Shown here: piece by piece, positions 52,018 through 54,687 of the stretch
Position numbering within the stretch: the stretch's first letter is position 1
Layout: each line of letters starts with the position of its first letter
Assembly (NCBI GenBank): GCA_021432655.1
Contig: MU271345.1
Coordinates: 17,828 to 72,514 of the forward strand
Origin: Atractiella rhizophila
Taxonomy: Eukaryota
Direction of reading: 5' to 3'
DNA length: 54,687 bases
The notes under the pieces: model-generated
The model's input: the letters and a program-made list of their open reading frames with translations, nothing else
Database searches by the model: none
What the model was told of the DNA's origin: nothing
Made by a program: the position numbers and the translations under genes

Positions 52018-52760
52018 TTGGATAAAGTGCCAAATCTAACAGGGACACTCGAACTATTAATCAACCTATTTTGTGAGCATGGGCCAGAAACAGAGCTCGT
52101 TGTGGTCAAGCCACAATATTTGTATTACGCCCTCTCCTCTCATGCCTTTCTGATCTCACCTTTACACCCCTCAACTATTGGGTTCGAGGTAAACAACGAT
52201 GGTGATGTCTCCACTGTCGAGATATCTCGTGAGAAAAGTGTCACCGGCTCAAACAGGCTATCAGACGCTGTCTTCCTATCGTTGTTGAGGAACTTCGCTC
52301 TAGTGAGTTATCACATCTAGTTGTATTAACTTGGCACTCATAAATCGATTTCCTACTTAGTCTCTGTCCGGTTACTTCGTCTTCAACTCCTAACTGATAA
52401 TGACGGAATTACACCGTCTGAAGCAGCGGAATCAAGCCGTCTTCGAGGGTCAAGCTGTTCCTGCGAAGACGATTTATTGCAACCAACCTAAGACCGCGAG
52501 AGCGACTCCTGTAACTCCTCCACCCAGTATTTCGCCGGTTCTTAGACGACTGTCAAAATTACGAACCTACGACATCTGACAATGACTTCGTACTGAGACT
52601 CTGGGAACGATGTCCGATTGACTACACTGTCGGGGCTGACCTAGCGGAAGAGGTGCGAACGGTGTTCGATACTAAGACATACCCTTAGATAAGCTGATGG
52701 AGGCCATCGATTCGCTATCATAGAGTTTAAGATTGGAAAGGTGCAATACCCCATGGATGT
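52018..52760 (+). pseudogene. Decayed member of an expanded fungal family (endonuclease-like domain usually upstream of a kinase domain)
   Basis: Joining frames gives IYCNQP..RATPVT/LLHPVFRRFLDDCQNYEPTTSDNDFVLRL.../DGGHRFAIIEFK, with stops and frameshifts. Family assignment is from recalled motifs only. Confidence 0.45.
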
Positions 52761-53159
52761 GAGTGGGTCAGAGCTATGGCGACCAGAGCAGGCCGTGGAT
52801 GGAGCGCCGATCTTGGAAGCAGTCAGAAAATGGAGAAGATTATGAGAGGATGGTGAATTTCAGACTTTTTAAGGTATAGTATCATGATATAACCGGATCT
52901 ATTACCTAGATTAAAACGATGCACGACGATGCGATGAGAGTACGAGTAATTGGAGAGTAATGGAAGCCTCGCTTTTTTCGTGACCTCGAAGTTGAGAAAA
53001 GATGATGATGACATCGATGAGATGAGTTTGGCGTTCAGTTTCTTACTACTTAGGAGTAGGCTGCCCCCCTCCTTTTGCCTGTTAGATGCTAGAAGGCACA
53101 GTTAATACATTGAGCCAGAAACACGAAATCAACGAAATGATGTGACAAATAAAGCGGTT

Positions 53160-54687
53160 CTAAAACTTTTGAACATCGACTCTCCTCCACTGCTTCGCCT
53201 TCTCCCTCCACCTCTTCCTCTCCCTCCTCGTCCCACCCTCACCCCGTTCTCGTTCACCCTCTCCCTCCATCTCTCCATCCCGTTCGCGCTCACTCCCATT
53301 CCTCCCCCTCCCACTGTCCCCCTCCCTCCCTACCTCCCCGTCATCTTCCTCCTCCCAAACCTCCACCCCCTCCGCAGCCCACTCCCGTCTCCGATCATCC
53401 TGCTCGTCCCCTCCCTGTCCCTGCCCTTGCCCATGTGCCTGTCCCTGCGCTTGTCCCCTCCGATACCCAATGACGAGTCCACGCAAACCGTCCCACCGCC
53501 CGTTGGGCTTTGGATTCTTGGAAGCGCGTTGGAAGGCGGCGAGGTTGTGTGCTTGGCGGAGTTGGGTGAGGAGGCGGGTGAGGAGGGGCGTTGGGTGGTT
53601 TTGTTCTTGGATGGAGGCGGAGGCGGAAGCGGGGTTTGAGGTGGAGGAAGAGGAGTGGGAGTTGGAGGTGGAGGTGTGCGAGGAGAGGTGGGAGGTCGAG
53701 GGGTGGACGTCCATCTCGATCGTCACTTCGTTCGTGTTCGTATTTGCAGTATTCGACGGCGGCGTCGTTCGACGACGGAGACGGAGGAGGGAGGAGATTC
53801 GGGACGTAGAGGAGGCAGAAGCGTCTGGTGACAGCTCATCCGATCTGTGGGATGACCCACGTCCTATGAGAGCCTGTTGCATCTTTTTGCGCCTCTGCAT
53901 CCTCAACCTCTTCTGTCTCTTCCTCATCTCCTCCACCTCTCCTTCCCACATTCCACTTCCCACAAACCACCAAAATCCTGTCCAGCTCTGCCAGAGCAGG
54001 ATGCACCAAACCACATTCGGGAGCCATCCCAACCTATCCTCCTTCACCTCCAAATAGTTCACCGCCGTCCCCGTCACCGCTAAGAATAGACTGATGATTC
54101 CAAATCCCAAGGCGGTTTCGTCCCCTTGGTGTCTCCAGGCTCGTTGACGGTTGAGGTAGAGAGACCAGATGAGAAGGCCTACGGTGTAGAGGAGGGTGAG
54201 GGTGGAGTTGCAGATGACACGGATGGCATCACCGAGGTCGACGATGGAGGGGATGGAGGAGAGAGAGGTGAAGGAGAGGGAGGCGGAGATGAGAGCGAGG
54301 GGCACGAGGAGGGAGAGGATCAGACGGGCTTCGAGGGTGGAGGGGAAGAGGAGGGTGAGGAATTGGATGTGTGTTGACTGGTCGCCGTCAGTTAGAAAAA
54401 AAGGAAAGGAACGATGGAAGAGAGGTCAGACGAACATGACATGCGAGTGCTACGGCGCCTTGCAGAGCTTCCCAACTTATGAGTTGGATCCCATCCCACA
54501 AAGCCACACCATCGTCGTCTGTGGGTGGAATATCGACTTCGACGTAGTCAAACATGAATGGCCACTCGTGTCCTTTCTTCCTCAGACTGTTGAACAAGAG
54601 TCCCAAGCTGGTGCCGACGCTGGAGAGGGTGATGGTGACTGCTGCTATTTGGAGCCACCAGTTGGCCCTAGAGATGGGGATGTGGGT
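53160..54687 (-). CDS. PalH/RIM21-domain (Rra1-like) multi-TM pH-sensor protein; 5' end outside window
   Basis: WPFMFDYVEVDIPP, THIQFLTLLFPSTLEARLI, IRVICNSTLTLLYT..L.IW...NR.RAWR, LWQSWTGFWWFVGSGM, followed by an Arg/Lys-rich helix and disordered tail. Confidence 0.75.

Overview
Eukaryotic, intron-rich fungal genomic DNA. It is most likely a basidiomycete: introns are short (~45-60 nt) with CTRAC/CTAAC branch sites, and the Hop1 and PalH/Rra1-like proteins are basidiomycete-type. The assembly is a draft with two N gaps (8789-8946, 10652-11582). Recognisable genes, in order: NmrA-like reductase, PP4 regulatory subunit PPP4R2, an unknown Pro/Ser-rich gene whose 5' part is riddled with TAG/TAA stops, TRAPPC2L/Tca17, meiotic HORMA protein Hop1 (frameshifted), two tandem ALDH7 copies, a tiny secreted peptide gene, a conserved KRPNLLPK protein, NTM1/Tae1, a Kre9/KNH-like GPI protein, the P4-ATPase Drs2, an F-box protein, a large low-complexity protein, a CUE-AlkB-GRF dioxygenase, a cytochrome P450, a wax-synthase-type MBOAT, Pex1, tRNA-Cys, a decayed endonuclease-like/kinase-family fragment and a PalH/Rra1-like pH sensor. 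Most notable observations: (1) a sharply bounded RIP-like CpA->TpA footprint that appears to turn Gln codons into stops; (2) a 37-aa secreted prepropeptide ending in CEEC; (3) three tandem duplications each joined by an A-run, probably uncollapsed haplotypes, one ending in a putative LTR start; (4) a divergent P450/MBOAT pair; (5) an inverted ~155-bp repeat pair bracketing ~51 kb. Gene models were spliced by eye, and dinucleotide counts are manual and approximate.
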